Shown here: positions 9,826 through 23,590 of the stretch, one piece after another | Layout: the number at the start of each line of letters is the position of its first letter | Numbering within the stretch: position 1 is the stretch's first letter | Origin: Lama glama | Taxonomy: Eukaryota | DNA: 64,000 nt | Assembly (NCBI GenBank): GCA_028534125.1 | Contig: CM052818.1 | Span: 30,196,001 to 30,260,000 of the forward strand | Reading direction: 5' to 3' | The notes under the pieces: model-generated | What the model saw: only the letters and a program-made list of their open reading frames with translations | Told to the model about the DNA's origin: nothing | The model's database searches: none | Translations under genes and position numbers: made by a program

Positions 9826-11339
9826 GTATTGTAAATACCAGCAGTTTAAGCTATAATCAAACCTGGCTACTTACTGTGGGAATATGAGTTATCATTTGTT
9901 TTGCTTTAAATTTTCTGATGGTTTCTACCAGGTGTCAGGACTTGGAAGGGAGGTGGGAGGGTTGGGGAGAGGGTTCGATTGTCGGGGCAAGGCTGTCAGA
10001 TTGGGAAGCCCTAGGGAGGATTCCCAGGGCTGAAGCTCTGTGGTCTGTTTGAATAGCTATATGGCATGTATGGTAAAGAGTGTGTTTGTCTGTGTGTGGA
10101 TGTGTGTACTGTTGGTTAAGCTTGTCTTCTGTGAACCCTTCCTCTTGTCAGTAACTCCATCTCTACTTAACACTCATTGCTTCCCTGCCAAGTAGCACCC
10201 CTCCTTCCTTCAAGCCTGGGAGAAAATCCAGCCTGTAAACTAATCACCTACAGAAGCTGGTGGCTAATTGCATCACTGGATTCTCATCTAGGAAGTTGCA
10301 GCACATACCCAGCCTCACCCCAACCCTGGGTATCATTCATTTTGAAAGAAGATTTTGGGAAAAGGTTTTGTCTGACATGAAGAAATTTCAGACACATACA
10401 TGCTGGGTCAATCTTTCTGGGTAAAGGGGAGTTTCCCCAAATTCAAAATGACACTGAAGGTGAGTGGCTGTCTTACCTGTGTAGACCTGCCTTACCTGTG
10501 TAGATCAGCCCTGCAGCCCAGAGCAGGGGCTGCTGAGTGCTGTGAAGCTACGGGCTGGCTGGAGCCTTCCTCTACTTGACTGTAATCTGGGATTCATTTT
10601 CACCCACAAATAATTTCCCATTCGGCTCTGCCTCCCTTGTCACCCTGTAGAGGACATTTTCTATCATTTTAGGAGCCTAGAATCTTTTGCACAGATAATC
10701 TTTGCAACCTCCTACTCAGCGCAGGAGTCCCTGCTATAAGATTCTGGATAGTCACCCAGACGACATTAGACTACTTTCTGTCAGGAAGGTAACCATCTCC
10801 TCTTGATGGCTATTCCTTTGTTCTGATCTTGCAAACCAGTCACTTATGTGCTGAATTTGGCCTCCGTACAATTAAATTTTTTCTTTTTAATATTTGCCAA
10901 TATTTTAATTTACTTTTTGAGTAACAGAGTCACATAGTTCAAATTATAAAACAACTACGTGGAAAGTCTCCTTCCTTTCCTTCCCCCCTAACCAAAACTC
11001 TTCTCCCTGAAGGCGTTGCCACCATTTTGAAATTGGGAGATGTCATGTGAAAATACAGGTTTCTCTTGAAAATTATGGGTTGGCAACTGCAGGCCCACAT
11101 CCTCCCTTGGTAACAACTGACTAGAGCTTCATGATCTGCTCCTATGCTCTTTGGGCAAGACACATAATCTCCAGTTGGGCATAGAGCCCACCCATTCTAC
11201 TTCTTGTAATAACATCATTTCCCTGGCCCTCTTTGACATTTCAGTTTGTAATCAGCACTTACTTTTTTTATAGCTAGAATCCAGTTCCCTGTCATTTATA
11301 CCTAAGGTTGGTTTCTATTTTTGCCCTCCAAGTCTCTTC

Positions 11340-13125
11340 AGCATCCTCCTAGGTCATCTCATTCTATTGCTGAATAGCCATTGTATGGATATACCACAGT
11401 GTGTTTATATAGTCACCATTGAAACACATGTAGGTTATTTCTAGTTTGGGCAATTATAAATAGAGCTACTATAAGCATTCTTGTGCAAGTTTTTGTGTGA
11501 AAATAAGTTTTCAATTCATTTGGATAAATACCTAGGAGATGGATTGCTGGGCCATATTACAAGCGCTTGTTTAACTTTTTAAGAAACTTCTAAACTATAT
11601 TTCACTTTGACAATTTACATTTTCAGTAGCAATATATGAGAATTTTAGTTGCTCTGCATTCTCACTAGCACTTAGTATTCTTTGTTTTTCTACTTTTGTC
11701 ATTTTACACTAAGAAAAAATAAAAATCAGACAACACTGATTGCTGATGAGGATGTGGAGCAACTGGAACTCTGTGTCTAGTGTTATCTCATCAGAGTTGG
11801 CTGATAAAAGTTGAAAATTTTTCATGTGCATTTGCCATTGTGGTGAAATGTCTGTTCAAATTTTTATCCATTTTTAATTGGGTCAATTTGTTTTCTTAAT
11901 GTTCAGTTTTAAGTGTTCTTCATATATTCTGGATATAAGTCCTTTACCAGATAACTAATTTGAAAATATTTTCTCCCAATCTGTAGCTAATCTTTTCATT
12001 CTTTTAACAGTTTCTTTCACAGAACAAAAGTTTTAAATTTTGTTGAAGTCCTTTTTTTCCCCTTTTATTTCTTTTTTCCTTATTTTTTTCTTTATGAATC
12101 ATGGTTTCAGTGTCATATCTAAGAACTCTTTTCATAACCCCAGGTCATGAAGATTTTTTCCTGTATTTCCTTTTAAAGTTTTATGTTTTACATTTAGTTC
12201 TAGGATCCATTTTGAGTTAACATTTGTGTGAGGTGTGAAGTTTAGAAAAGGTTCATTTTTCTTCCTTATGAATATCCAGTTGTTTTATTTATTGAAATGA
12301 CTATTCTTTCATGTTTGAATAGCCTTTGTATCAGAAGTACTGGGGATTGAAACCAGAACCTCACATATGCTAAGTGTGTGATCTACTTCCATTGATCTAA
12401 CATTTGTCAATACCCTTGTCTATCCCTCGCCAATTCAATTTCTTTAATAGTTATATAGGACTATTCAGGTTACTTATATAATATTGGATGAGTTTTAATA
12501 GCTTCTGGCTCTCAAGAAATTGTGCAATTTTATCTATGTTGTCAAATTTATGTGTGTAGATTTGTTCATAATATTCTCTATCCTTTTAACATCTGCAATT
12601 TCTGTGATAATATCCTCTTTCATTTTTGATATTGGTAATTTGTTATTCCTCACTTTTTTCTTTGTCAGTCCTACTAGAAATTTATCAATTGCATTGATCT
12701 TTTCAAATGTAAAGCTTTTAATTTTCATTGATTTTTCCCTATTGTTTATGTTAGCAATTTTTAATTGATTTCTGCCTTTATCTTTATTATTGTATTGCTT
12801 CTTCTTGCATTAGGTTTATTTTGCTCTTCTCTCTAGTTTCTTAAGTAGTAAGCTTAGGTTATCAATTTGAAACCTTTCCTTATTTCTAACATAAGCATTT
12901 AATGCTCTACACCTCCCTTTAAGCACTGTTTTAACTGGAGATTTTGATGTGGTTTATTTTTATTTCTGTATTTTTCAAAATATTGTCTAATTTTTCTTAA
13001 GACTTCCCATTTGATCCATGCTTGTTTAGAAGTATGTTGTTTACTTTCCAAGCATTTGGAGATTTCCCAATTATCTTTCTGTTATTGTTTTCCAGTGTAA
13101 TTCCATTATATTTGGAACACATGCT
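11340..13125 (-). mobile_element. Old L1 fragments (antisense) in an NLRC4 intron
   Basis: T-rich antisense L1 motifs: gtatggatataccacagt, atattctggatataagtcctttaccagat, ttttctcccaatctgtag, aatttatcaattgcattgatcttttcaaa. Confidence 0.85.
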
Positions 13126-13282
13126 TTTAGCTAAGGAAGATGCCCATCTCTGACAAAAAATACAGTTTTGTGTGAATTTCATGAGCATTTCTTGCCCATA
13201 ATGACAACTAAAATTTTTTGATTGGTAATAGAAATCTAGTGAATGATAGCTGAACACAGTCCAATCTCTTTTCTTCTGGCAG

Positions 13283-13375
13283 GTGGTCTGACTGACAGCT
13301 TGGGTAATTTGAAGAACCTTACGAAGCTCATGCTGGATAATGTTAAGATGAATGAGGAAGATGCTATAAAACTAG
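13283..13375 (+). CDS. NLRC4: NLRC4 LRR exon (93 nt)
   Basis: ttctggcag|GT GGT CTG ACT GAC AGC TTG GGT AAT TTG AAG AAC ... AAA CTA G|gtcaga; [30 protein letters not shown]; phase consistent. Confidence 0.95.
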
Positions 13376-15228
13376 GTCAGAGTTTTGTTTCTCTAATATT
13401 TCTATTAATATAAGTTTGATATTAAGAACAGTTAAGACTCTTTGACGCTGGCTGTTTCTATACAAGGCAAGTATACCCTTATGTCCTTGTGACTACGTTG
13501 GTGTTCCTTGACATTTTCTCCACTCCCATTCCAATCTCTCAGCACCCTTTTATGTAAATTGTACACCACCAGATTGTAACCCTTTTGGGGACAGAAGCCA
13601 TGATATGTTTTTATCTCCCCAGCTGATTGACTATGTTTATATTTAAAACATAGAAGCAGGATAAAAAAGTTTATGCTGTATTTCATAATTCAATAAAACT
13701 TCATAAGTTGAATGAGACACAGGAATGAACGTGGACCACGAAAGCTTCAGGAATACAAGCAAAATGTGATTTATCAAAGGGAGCCAGGCCCTCGAGGACA
13801 GGGGGGATTCCCACTGAAGCTGTTTTCCCCCAATGTCCCTACTTTTTAAAAATTTTTTTGCTCTTTTCTCCTTCCTGTTTGCCCTCAGTTAAATGCTTTC
13901 TTATACATTCTTTTTCATTTTGGTTCCTGCCTAAAGACAACCCTATCCTACAATTTAAACATGACTGGCATTTTTTCATTATATAGCCTGCATGTGAATA
14001 TCCAAATTGATTCAATCTTCAATAAACATTTATTGGATGCCTACAAGTTACCCAGAATAGCAGAGCTGGAAGGGGCCTGAGAGCATCTAGTTCAACTCTT
14101 ATTTTACTGCCAGTGGAACTTAGAACAGTTTATTGACTTGCCCAGGGTCTCACGAATTATTACAAAGGGTTCAAAAATACCTATCTGAGACAATCTGGTG
14201 CTACCATTAAGGAATCAAAGCCTGGGACTGAATAAACCAGTCTAAATTACTATTTATTAAAGAGTTATTGCACAATAGACACTGAACTAGGTACTTTTAC
14301 ATACTTCCTCTTCTTGAATCCTCACAATAGTCCTAACATGTAGGTATAATCATCCCTAAAGCCACAGCTAAAAGACTGAATAACTTGCCCACATTTGCAC
14401 AATTATTAAGTATGGGATCCAGGAATCAAACTGACTGCAAAATTCATGTTCACAATCTCTAAGCTATGTGTACTCTCATGAAAACAATTAACATGTACCT
14501 ACTCTGTGCCAGGCACCACACTAAGTACATCACATACATTATCTGCAACCTTCCCACAGTTCTTCAAGGTAGATATTATTAAAACAATATATTTTTTTCT
14601 ATAGGTAAGAGTACCATCAAGATAAGGAAATATTTTAATTACACAAAGATATGCCCAGTCAATCTTAAACTCCACATCAGCTTTAGACCTAAGAACAAGG
14701 AACATTTCAGAATGTTTTCAACTGTATTTTTGACATAAATTCCACCTCATTAAACATGCTGCATTGGATGTTGTTTTCATTGTAAAGCATCAGGCAGGCC
14801 ACGTATCCCACAGTCACAAGCAGGGTTCTACACTAGAAGCACACTAAGGAATGGAAGTTTCCGAGCTGCCCCTCTGAATTCAGCTTCCATTCCTCCTAAG
14901 ATTATTGAGGGGATTAAAGGGAGTGTGCTCATTCAGAAAACTTCATTCCATGAAAAAAGTATGGTAAAGATATATGTTGATACCCATTAAAATTCTACAC
15001 ATATACTATAGTTTTTTTTTCATGTTATTAAGAGAATGACCTGCTAAGCGAAATTTGTATGGTCCAGGAAACTGGAAAGTGATCATTGAAAGAAAAACAA
15101 CTCTCCTTGGATTTTCATAGCTCAAGGTCTCTGTGCAATTGTTTTTTATCTTCTTTTCAGTCCATTAATCTGCAGTTATATCAAATTAACTTGGTGTCCT
15201 AATGCATTTCCTTTCCATCTATTTGCAG

Positions 15229-15399
15229 CTGAAGGCCTGACAAACATGAAGAAGATGTGTTTACTTCGTTTGACCCATTTGTCTGATATTGGGGAAGGAA
15301 TGGATTACATAGTCAAGTCTCTGTCAGCTGAACCCTGTGACCTTAAAGAAATCCAATTAGTCTCCTGCTGCCTGTTGGGAAATGCTGTGAAAATTCTAG
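15229..15399 (+). CDS. NLRC4: NLRC4 LRR exon (171 nt)
   Basis: atttgcag|CT GAA GGC ... ATT CTA G|gtaact; [56 protein letters not shown]. Confidence 0.95.
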
Positions 15400-17219
15400 G
15401 TAACTGCTGCGTGCATTTACTGAATGAAAACAGTGTGAGAGAATATATGATACTTTTATACTAAGGCCCTGCTAAGTCTCTCAAATGGAGATTTAATTTT
15501 TAGAGAAACTGGAAAAGATAATAAAGACTTCTATGTAATATCTAGCCTGTTTTTAATAATCTTCTCTATGATTGGAATGAAAATTTCTTATAGATGACTG
15601 ACAGGAAACAATCTCAGGATAAGTGAAGATGTTATAATTTTAAGAGAAGGTAAAGAGGAAGAAAATAAGAAATTGGTGTGTGAAACTTGACACGTGTCCT
15701 GTTACATAATAACTGCTTTATGAAAATTTGAACAAATGGATAAATAAATGATTGAGAAGCAGAGAGAGAAAGTTCCCTTAAATGTTCTCAGGCCTTCCAG
15801 TTCTCACCTATTGCCCTGTTAAGGTGGAGTTGGTACATTAATATAAGAGTTGAGTCTTTTGAGTTCCTAAAGGGTACATATACCAAATATGGAGAAACCT
15901 TTGCATATTTCTGGATAAACTGGACATGTTCAATTAACATATTTTTTAAATTTAGATTTTGGGAAAAAAAGATAATCTAGCCCTTTTAAAACAGAATACA
16001 ACATAGCTAGGAGTCTGTAAGGTTTACTAAGGAAACCATTTGTATGTTAACATAAACCAAAAGCTAGAGAAACCCATGATTGGAAAAGGCCAGACAAACA
16101 CTGGGGGCATGAGAATGATGAGCATACTACTTTACTTCTCTAATTGTCCTGAAGAGAGATAGGTTTAGAACTGAAAATATCAATTGTACCCTTTTTAAGA
16201 CGAGTTCTGTGGGGTTTTTTAAAGCACCAAACCCCAGGAGTTTTATTCTAAGAAAACCCCAGAACCCTTTACTCTAAGAAAAGGGTTCATATGATTGATT
16301 AAAAATAACAATAGCTAATACTATAACAAGAGTATGTACTCATTAAAAAATTATTTTTAAGGAAGCTTTTTTTCTAGTCAGTCTTGATAGGAAAAACTTC
16401 AAATAGATTAAACAACCATGATGAATATCTGTAATGAAGAAAAGAATTAAGCAGTTCTTAGCCACAGTGGTAGCATTTTATAATTAATATTTGCATGTAA
16501 AATAGTTTTCCAAATTTTTTACCTCAAAATATTTGTGTCTTTGTCATTAAAATACATCTCTTGAAGATAGCATGGAGTTGGATCTTGCTTTTAAAAATCT
16601 AATCCTATTAATCTGTCTTTTAATTTGAGTGTTTGATCTATTTACATTAATGTAATTATTGATATGATTAGGTTTCCATCTGCAATTTTGCTATTTGTTT
16701 TCTATTTTTCTCATCTTTTTTTTTTTTTTTACTTTCTAAGTTTTTATTATTAGCATCACAACCATGGCATTAACAGAATCATCTAAACCGAAGTACACAG
16801 AGAAGAGCTTATCTTACCTGTGTTTTGGTTCCTTTGTTTCTCCCACATGATAAGGGCATTTTAGAATTGGAAGAAACCTTACAGTTTATTTAGTTCCACT
16901 TCCACATTCTAAAGATGAGGCTTAAAGAAACAGAGTGACTTTCCTAAAGTGACATAACAACTGTATTCCAGGCTACTTTAGGTTTTTTGTGAATTGAAGG
17001 TTATTAGTCAGAACTAAAGAACAGGAAATAGCTGTTCATCTTTCATCCTCATGGCAACTGGGGGTTAAACCTACCCAGACACCTTTTGGCATAATTAAAT
17101 CAATCAAGTCAAATAATGGTTTGTATACTATCAAGAAAGAAGGCAAGGACTCAGAATTCTTCTAATGATATTTTAAATGCATATACAGTTTCCTGAAAAG
17201 TCTTTTTGTTTTGGATTAA

Positions 17220-17381
<162 letters not shown>

Positions 17382-17970
17382 TGATCCCTGAGGTTTCTTT
17401 TACTAGGTGAACCTCATGTAAGTCATTTAGCTCCTTCTTAAACTGCCCTTAAGGCACACTGGCCCATGGCTTCTGAGTTACCAGTTTTCACGTACTTACT
17501 GTACCTGAGGCTCCCATCTCCTTGCCATCTCCTTGCCATCTCCGAGGGAGCTAATGTCTGAGAGTAAGTGATATTGAAGACAAATTTGCTTATGGAGTTA
17601 ATGATAAGATTTTTAAGGTGTGATAATGATACTGTGATTAAGTGAGAATTTAAAAACCTGGTATTTACTTCCTGTGATTTGCTTGAAAATAGTATAGAAG
17701 GAAATGAATTCAATGAGGATGAAGCAAGATTTTCCATGATTTGATGTTTGTGGAAAGTTGGCTTATTAGTATATACAGTTTCACTATACTGTTCTGTATA
17801 TTTGTATATTCTTGAAACTTTCCATAAAAATATCAACAAAAAACCAAGTAAATTCTTACTGAACATTGAGTAGGCTGCAGAGATAAAGATCATTCCTTCT
17901 CCTACATCTCTTCATCCTTCATCAGTTTTGAGGTGGATCCAATTGTTGAACTGCCCTCTGGTTCTTCAAG

Positions 17971-18138
17971 TTGACAGGCTGCCCATCTTGGAAGAGCTAA
18001 CTGTTCTGATGCTGCCGTGGTGGTGTGATGTACGAATCAGCCTGACCAGGCTATTGGAGCAACTGGAGGGAGCCTCTCAGCTCGTCAAGCTTGGGCTGAA
18101 AAACTGGAGACTCACAGATGCAGAGATCAGAATTCTAG
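17971..18138 (+). CDS. NLRC4: NLRC4 LRR exon (168 nt)
   Basis: ttcttcaag|TT GAC AGG ... ATT CTA G|gtgggt; [55 protein letters not shown]. Confidence 0.95.
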
Positions 18139-18647
18139 GTGGGTACACACACAGAGACAAGAGGAAAGAAGTTAGCCCTCACTAAGTTCTTCAGTTAGCT
18201 TGCTGTATTTAATTACTTACTTATTTAGTTATTTAGCACCTTGATTTATTTATTTGTCTCCTCTTTTTTAATACAAGTATATTGAAAGAGTTTTCACACA
18301 TCTTAAGGAGGAAAATGATTTAAAACACTGGCCTGCCTTCAGGTTTTCAAGCATTTCACCTACAGTGTTTAAAGGAAAAATGTTCACGTTATCTGACAGG
18401 TGTATTATGTTAGGAATTGCTCTTCCTAGTCTTTACTATCTGAAATTCAGCAATGCCTCTCCAATCTTGGGAAATATTTTTAAGTCACCTGTTGGATATT
18501 CATAAAATGTAGAGGTAAGTGCAACTTTACCTAAATGGGGTCTCAGAATATCTTCAAGTAGCTGTGATATAATCCAGGAGCAGAGACACATAAATGACTG
18601 AAGATACCACTAGTCTCAGGCAGTTGATAAAGGATTCTCCTGCTCTC

Positions 18648-19145
18648 TGTATTAGTTATCAATGTCTGTGTAACAGATTACCCCAAAACTTAGTGGCTTA
18701 AAACATCTACAAACATTATCTCAAGTTTCTGTGGGTCAGGAATTTGGGAGTGGCTTAGCTTAGGCTCTGCCATGAGGTTGCAGTTTTGATGTTGACTGGG
18801 GCTACTTGGGACCTGCTTCCAAGGTGGTTTCTCACTTGGTTGACAGGTTAATGACGGCTGTTGACTGGAGGTCTCAGTTTCTCCTCCCTGGACCTCTCCA
18901 TAGACTGCTTGCATGTTCTTACAACATGGCAGCTCACTTCCTGCAGAGCAAGAGATTCAAGACAAAATCAGTTAGAAGTTGCAGTATCTCTTATGACTTA
19001 GCCTTGGAAGATCACTTCCGGTCATCTATGCTGTGTCCAGTTGGTTACCCAGGTCAGCTCTATCCAGTGCGGAAGGGGTCAACACAGGGGAGTGAGTAAT
19101 AGGAGGTGAGGATCATTGGAGCCACCTTGAAGGCTGACTACCATA
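18648..19145 (-). mobile_element. MLT1-type MaLR solo LTR
   Basis: tgtattagttatc...gtaacagattaccccaaaacttagtggcttaaaaca...ggatcattggagccaccttgaaggctgactacca, the characteristic MLT1 ends. Confidence 0.8.
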
Positions 19146-22100
19146 CCACCTAAGGCAAGGGATTCGAGAAAACAGCCTTGACTGCCTTCATTTCTCTCAC
19201 AAATTGTCTAGAATATATTTGTAGTATACATATCATAAAGCTTACCATTTTAGTCATTTTTAGTCTACAGTTTTGTGGCATTAAGTACATTCACATTCTT
19301 ATGCAACTACCATTGCCATCCATCTCCAGTTTTTTAATTTACTCAATTGAAACTCTGTACCCATTAAACACTAATTCCCCTCTTTTAAAAATCTTCTCTC
19401 TTAGAGGTGCATATCCCTTTAAGTCTTTAGGCTGTCTAAAGGTTTTGACTTCATTAGTAATGCTCCAAGTTCTGGATCTTTCCTTCCCTTAATTTCTAAC
19501 TCCACTTTCAACTCTTCTACCTGCTCCCTTAACCCATCAAATCATATCATCCTGAGTGTCATTCTTTCAGGCCCCTCTTCTCTTCCAGGTGATACTGGAA
19601 GCAGGTGGCTTCTATGACAGATGAATTAATTAGCTAACAAATAATCTCTCTCAGGTAACCTCATACTTAGTTGGAAAGCATATAGCTTTTCAAGGAGGCT
19701 CTTGGTGTGTGTAGAATTAGAATTACAGGTGGGGAGGCATTTTTAGGTAGAGATCTTTTATCATCTTTCAAACCTTTAAGTAGGTAGCTGCCTAATTTGC
19801 CCACTTCTGAGGCTGGCTATTGAGACTAGAAGAGATGGTGTGTTTATTAAGAACTAAGCTAGGCAGTAATTTGCCACTTCACTTTAATAGTCTAGGGCTG
19901 ACTTTCTGAAATTTAGCTGTACTGATATACCCCTAAATGCAAGTGAAAAAATGACAAAATGAACAACTCAATAGTAGTAACTAATTTATTCTCAAAGTGT
20001 TTTTAAAAAGAATTTGTGGAATTACCATTATATCCATAATAAAAGCTAACATTATTATCCCTGTTTTATAAGGAAAGCAGAGATATAAGAAGGTTGTTAT
20101 ACTAAAGCAGGGGAAAGGGTTGGAGACAGAGAGGAAGAGCTGATGAAAGGAGGGAGAGAGTGTAGGTGCTGACATGGCTCTCCTGCACCCATTTCCTCCA
20201 CCTCCCAGAGGTATAAAAAGTAGTGTGCTTGGGTTTGAGGCATAAGCTGAAGAGTGAGAACCAAGCATGCTCTGCCTTTGGTCTCTAGCCAGGAGATGAG
20301 ACTGCTATCTGTCAGGCCCCTCTAGAGACTCCATCTTTATGAAGTGGTTAGGTGCCTTGGTTTTGGAGTCAGACAGACCTGCCCCTCCCTCCCACTTGAC
20401 AGATGTATGGCCAGCAGCAACTTAGTTAAGGTGTCTGAGCCTCAGAGACACCCATGTATATATATTTTGGTGAACATATGGCCACATTTCTGCTGGGTAT
20501 CTACGTGGGAGTGGGTTTGGATTACAGGTAAAGATTATAGGTAAGCATATGTTCAGCTTATATGTCAGTCTTCCAATGTTCTTGTATCCAATTCAGGTTT
20601 TAAAAAACAGTGGTTTTCATTATTACACACAGATAGTACTTTATTTTTATTAGAGCAGTTACCATTTTAATTCAGAGAATGTGTTCATATATTTACCTGC
20701 CTCACTAAACTGTGAAGTCTTTGAGAAAAGGGCCCAGGCCATTAAACTTGGTATTTAGTGTATATCCCACAGTGGATGTGCAATAAATATTTTTTATGAA
20801 TGAACAAATGAACTTACAGAACTTACACAATTTGCCATGAAATATAGGGTTCTTAGAACCTCAGGCTTTGTTATAGTAAATGCTATTTTCTTATACACAA
20901 AATCATCTAAAAATCCTAAAATATACTTTGCTACAATTTGACAACCTCTTTATACTATCCAAACCAACCAACTGTTCAAGCCTGCAGCATAAGTTTCCTG
21001 GCTTCGGCCCACAATACCTCTCTTGGATCAGGCCTGGCTTTGGGATTCCCATCCCCATTTAGTGAATGAGATGCAATATGCCTTGGGTAGGATAATAAAA
21101 TGCAGACTGATAACAAGAGATGGGGAGTCTAATGAAATAAAGGCTACATAGGAAGAAGTAGGGAGGAAATGTCACAGGATGGGCAGTATTTAATGAGGTA
21201 TAGGGTAGGTGAGATGCACTGAAGACATATGGAATATTTTGAGAAAAGTATCTTTTTACCAAAGGTTTTAGACACCCCCTGGCCCTAACTGAAACCTGGC
21301 TCTCCCCTACAGCTCTTGTAAGTAGTCACTTTTTATTCTCTTGATTATCATGCCTCTCAGAGTCCAAAGGCAAGGTGAGGTTCTCTTTGAGTCTTACTGC
21401 CCTTCCAGTCCACTCCTTCTCCAACCCCATTAAGGAATCCTGCTTCTGTTAGGCTTAGGCCATTTAACTGGACTACAGTTTGTCCTCTCTCATTGCTATG
21501 AACTATGAATTTCTTGTCACCTTTTCTTATTCACTAAATCTATGGCAACTGTCTTACAGAATTCTCACCCCCTAACTCTGATCATCAGCCTAGGAAACTT
21601 CACTTCTTATGGGACACTACTCAGCCAACACTCAGGAGCTTCCTCTTTGGTCCTTCCCTTCCATTCTCCTTCACACATCTACTCTGTGAGCATAAAATCA
21701 ACAGATCATGAAAATTCAGTTAAAAGTGTTCTAAGATATTAAATTCAGGTAATCCATTCTCAAACAACAACCTTCTACATTTCCATCTTAGTTACTCAAT
21801 GATGCCTTATCATCAGTTCATTTTACATCATTGGGACTTCCAATTCATTGAGCCCACTGCTATTTACCTATTTAATAGTCCCTGTCTCTCTTGACTTTCC
21901 TTCCCACCTGGTTTAAATTCCATCCTTTATCCTTGCAAAGATTCTTATCACAATAGCTGAGAGTCTTATGGCTCACAGTATTATGAGTCAGTTTAGGCAA
22001 TGACATTTAGTGATGCATGCGTGTGATAGATGCAGTAATGAAATGAAGTGTAATGAAAGACGAAGTTTTGAATTAAAGAAAGACTACTTAATGAGCTCCA

Positions 22101-22379
22101 GGGAGAAAATGAGATGTGGAGGTGAGGTATGACACTAGATACAGTAGTTGAGGTGTATTTTGCTGGCAAAACTCCAAACCAAATCCAAGTTAAGGATTGT
22201 CCTTAACTTTCAACTTTTTCTGTACCCACACTCAAGCTACTGGGGAAAATCATACAAGTAGGCAGATAGGTACACTACAAGTTTATCATGACAAATTTCA
22301 ACAAGAATATTAGAACCAAATAGTAAGAAAACCATTTATATATTGAAAATTGTGGCATGCAGGAAAAGCAAGGCTTAAA

Positions 22380-23590
22380 TAATATTCTTACAGTCTTAGA
22401 TATTTACATTAGAAAAGAAGGCTTAATGTTTCTAATTTAAGAAGGCAGAAAAATAAGAGTAAACCCCACAATAATAAACATAGCATAGATCATAGATCAA
22501 TGAAATAGAAAATAAAAATACAAGAAGAATGATTAGTAAAGCTTAAAGTTAGTTCTTTAAAAAGAGTAACAAAATAGATAAAAGTTAAGCAGGACTGATC
22601 AAGAAAAAACAGAATGACATAAATAATCTCATTAATCAAATGGAGACATAAGCACATGAATGTTGGTAGTGTCTTTGTTCATTACTGCCAAATCATATAT
22701 CTGATAAGGGACTACTATCTAGAATAAAGAACTCTTACAACACATTGTTAAAAAGAGAACTCAATGTTTTAAAAAGGCAAAGGATCTGAATATGCATTTC
22801 TCCAAAGAAGATATGTAAGTGGCCAATAAATACCAGAAGAGATGCTTAACATCATCAGCCAGCAGGGAAATGCAATTCAAAGCCACAGTGAAATGCTTCT
22901 TGCCACAAACTAGCATGGTTATAATAAGAAAGACAGATAATAACAAGTGTTGACAAGGACATAGAGAAATCAGAACCCTCATATGCTGGTGGTTGGAACG
23001 TAAAATGATGGAGCTGCTTAGGAAAACATTCTGGCACCTCTTCAAATGGTTAAACATATAGTTACCAATTCTACCCTGAGGTGCCCAAGAGAAATGAGAA
23101 TGTATGTCTATACCAAAACTTGTACAGCAATGTTCGCATGTTTAATAGTCCCAAAATGGAAACAACCCAAATGTACATCACTACTGAGTGGATAAACAAC
23201 ATGTAGTATATCCATACAATGGAGTATTATTCAGCCATAAAAAGGAATGAAGTATTAGGACATGCTACAACATGGATGAATCCTGAAAGAAACCAGTGAA
23301 AGAAACCAGTCACAAAAGACCAGTTACTGTATGATTCCACTTACATCAAATGTCCAAAATAGGCAAATCTATATAGTGACAGAAAGTGGGTTAATGGCTG
23401 CCAGTGTCAGGGATAGGATGTGAATGACCGCTAATGACTGCAGAGGTTTTTCTTTTCGGAGGCAGGTGGTGATTAAAATGTTCTGGAATTAGTAGTGCAC
23501 AACTTTGTGAATATACTAAAAACCACTATAGTGTATGCTTTAAAAGGGTGAATTTTATGGTGTGTGTATTATATCCCCAAAAAAGAATAA
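22380..23590 (+). mobile_element. Old L1 (L1MB/MC-like) fragments with 3' end
   Basis: catttctccaaagaagatatg, tggaaacaacccaaatgt, ccatacaatggagtattattcagccataaaaaggaatgaag. Confidence 0.85.

Noticed and set aside
9826..9887. Read-through of the NACHT exon (weak donor gtattg) giving an LRR-truncated NLRC4
   Set aside because: No nearby canonical poly(A) signal seen; a retained-intron transcript would probably be an NMD target; no supporting evidence.
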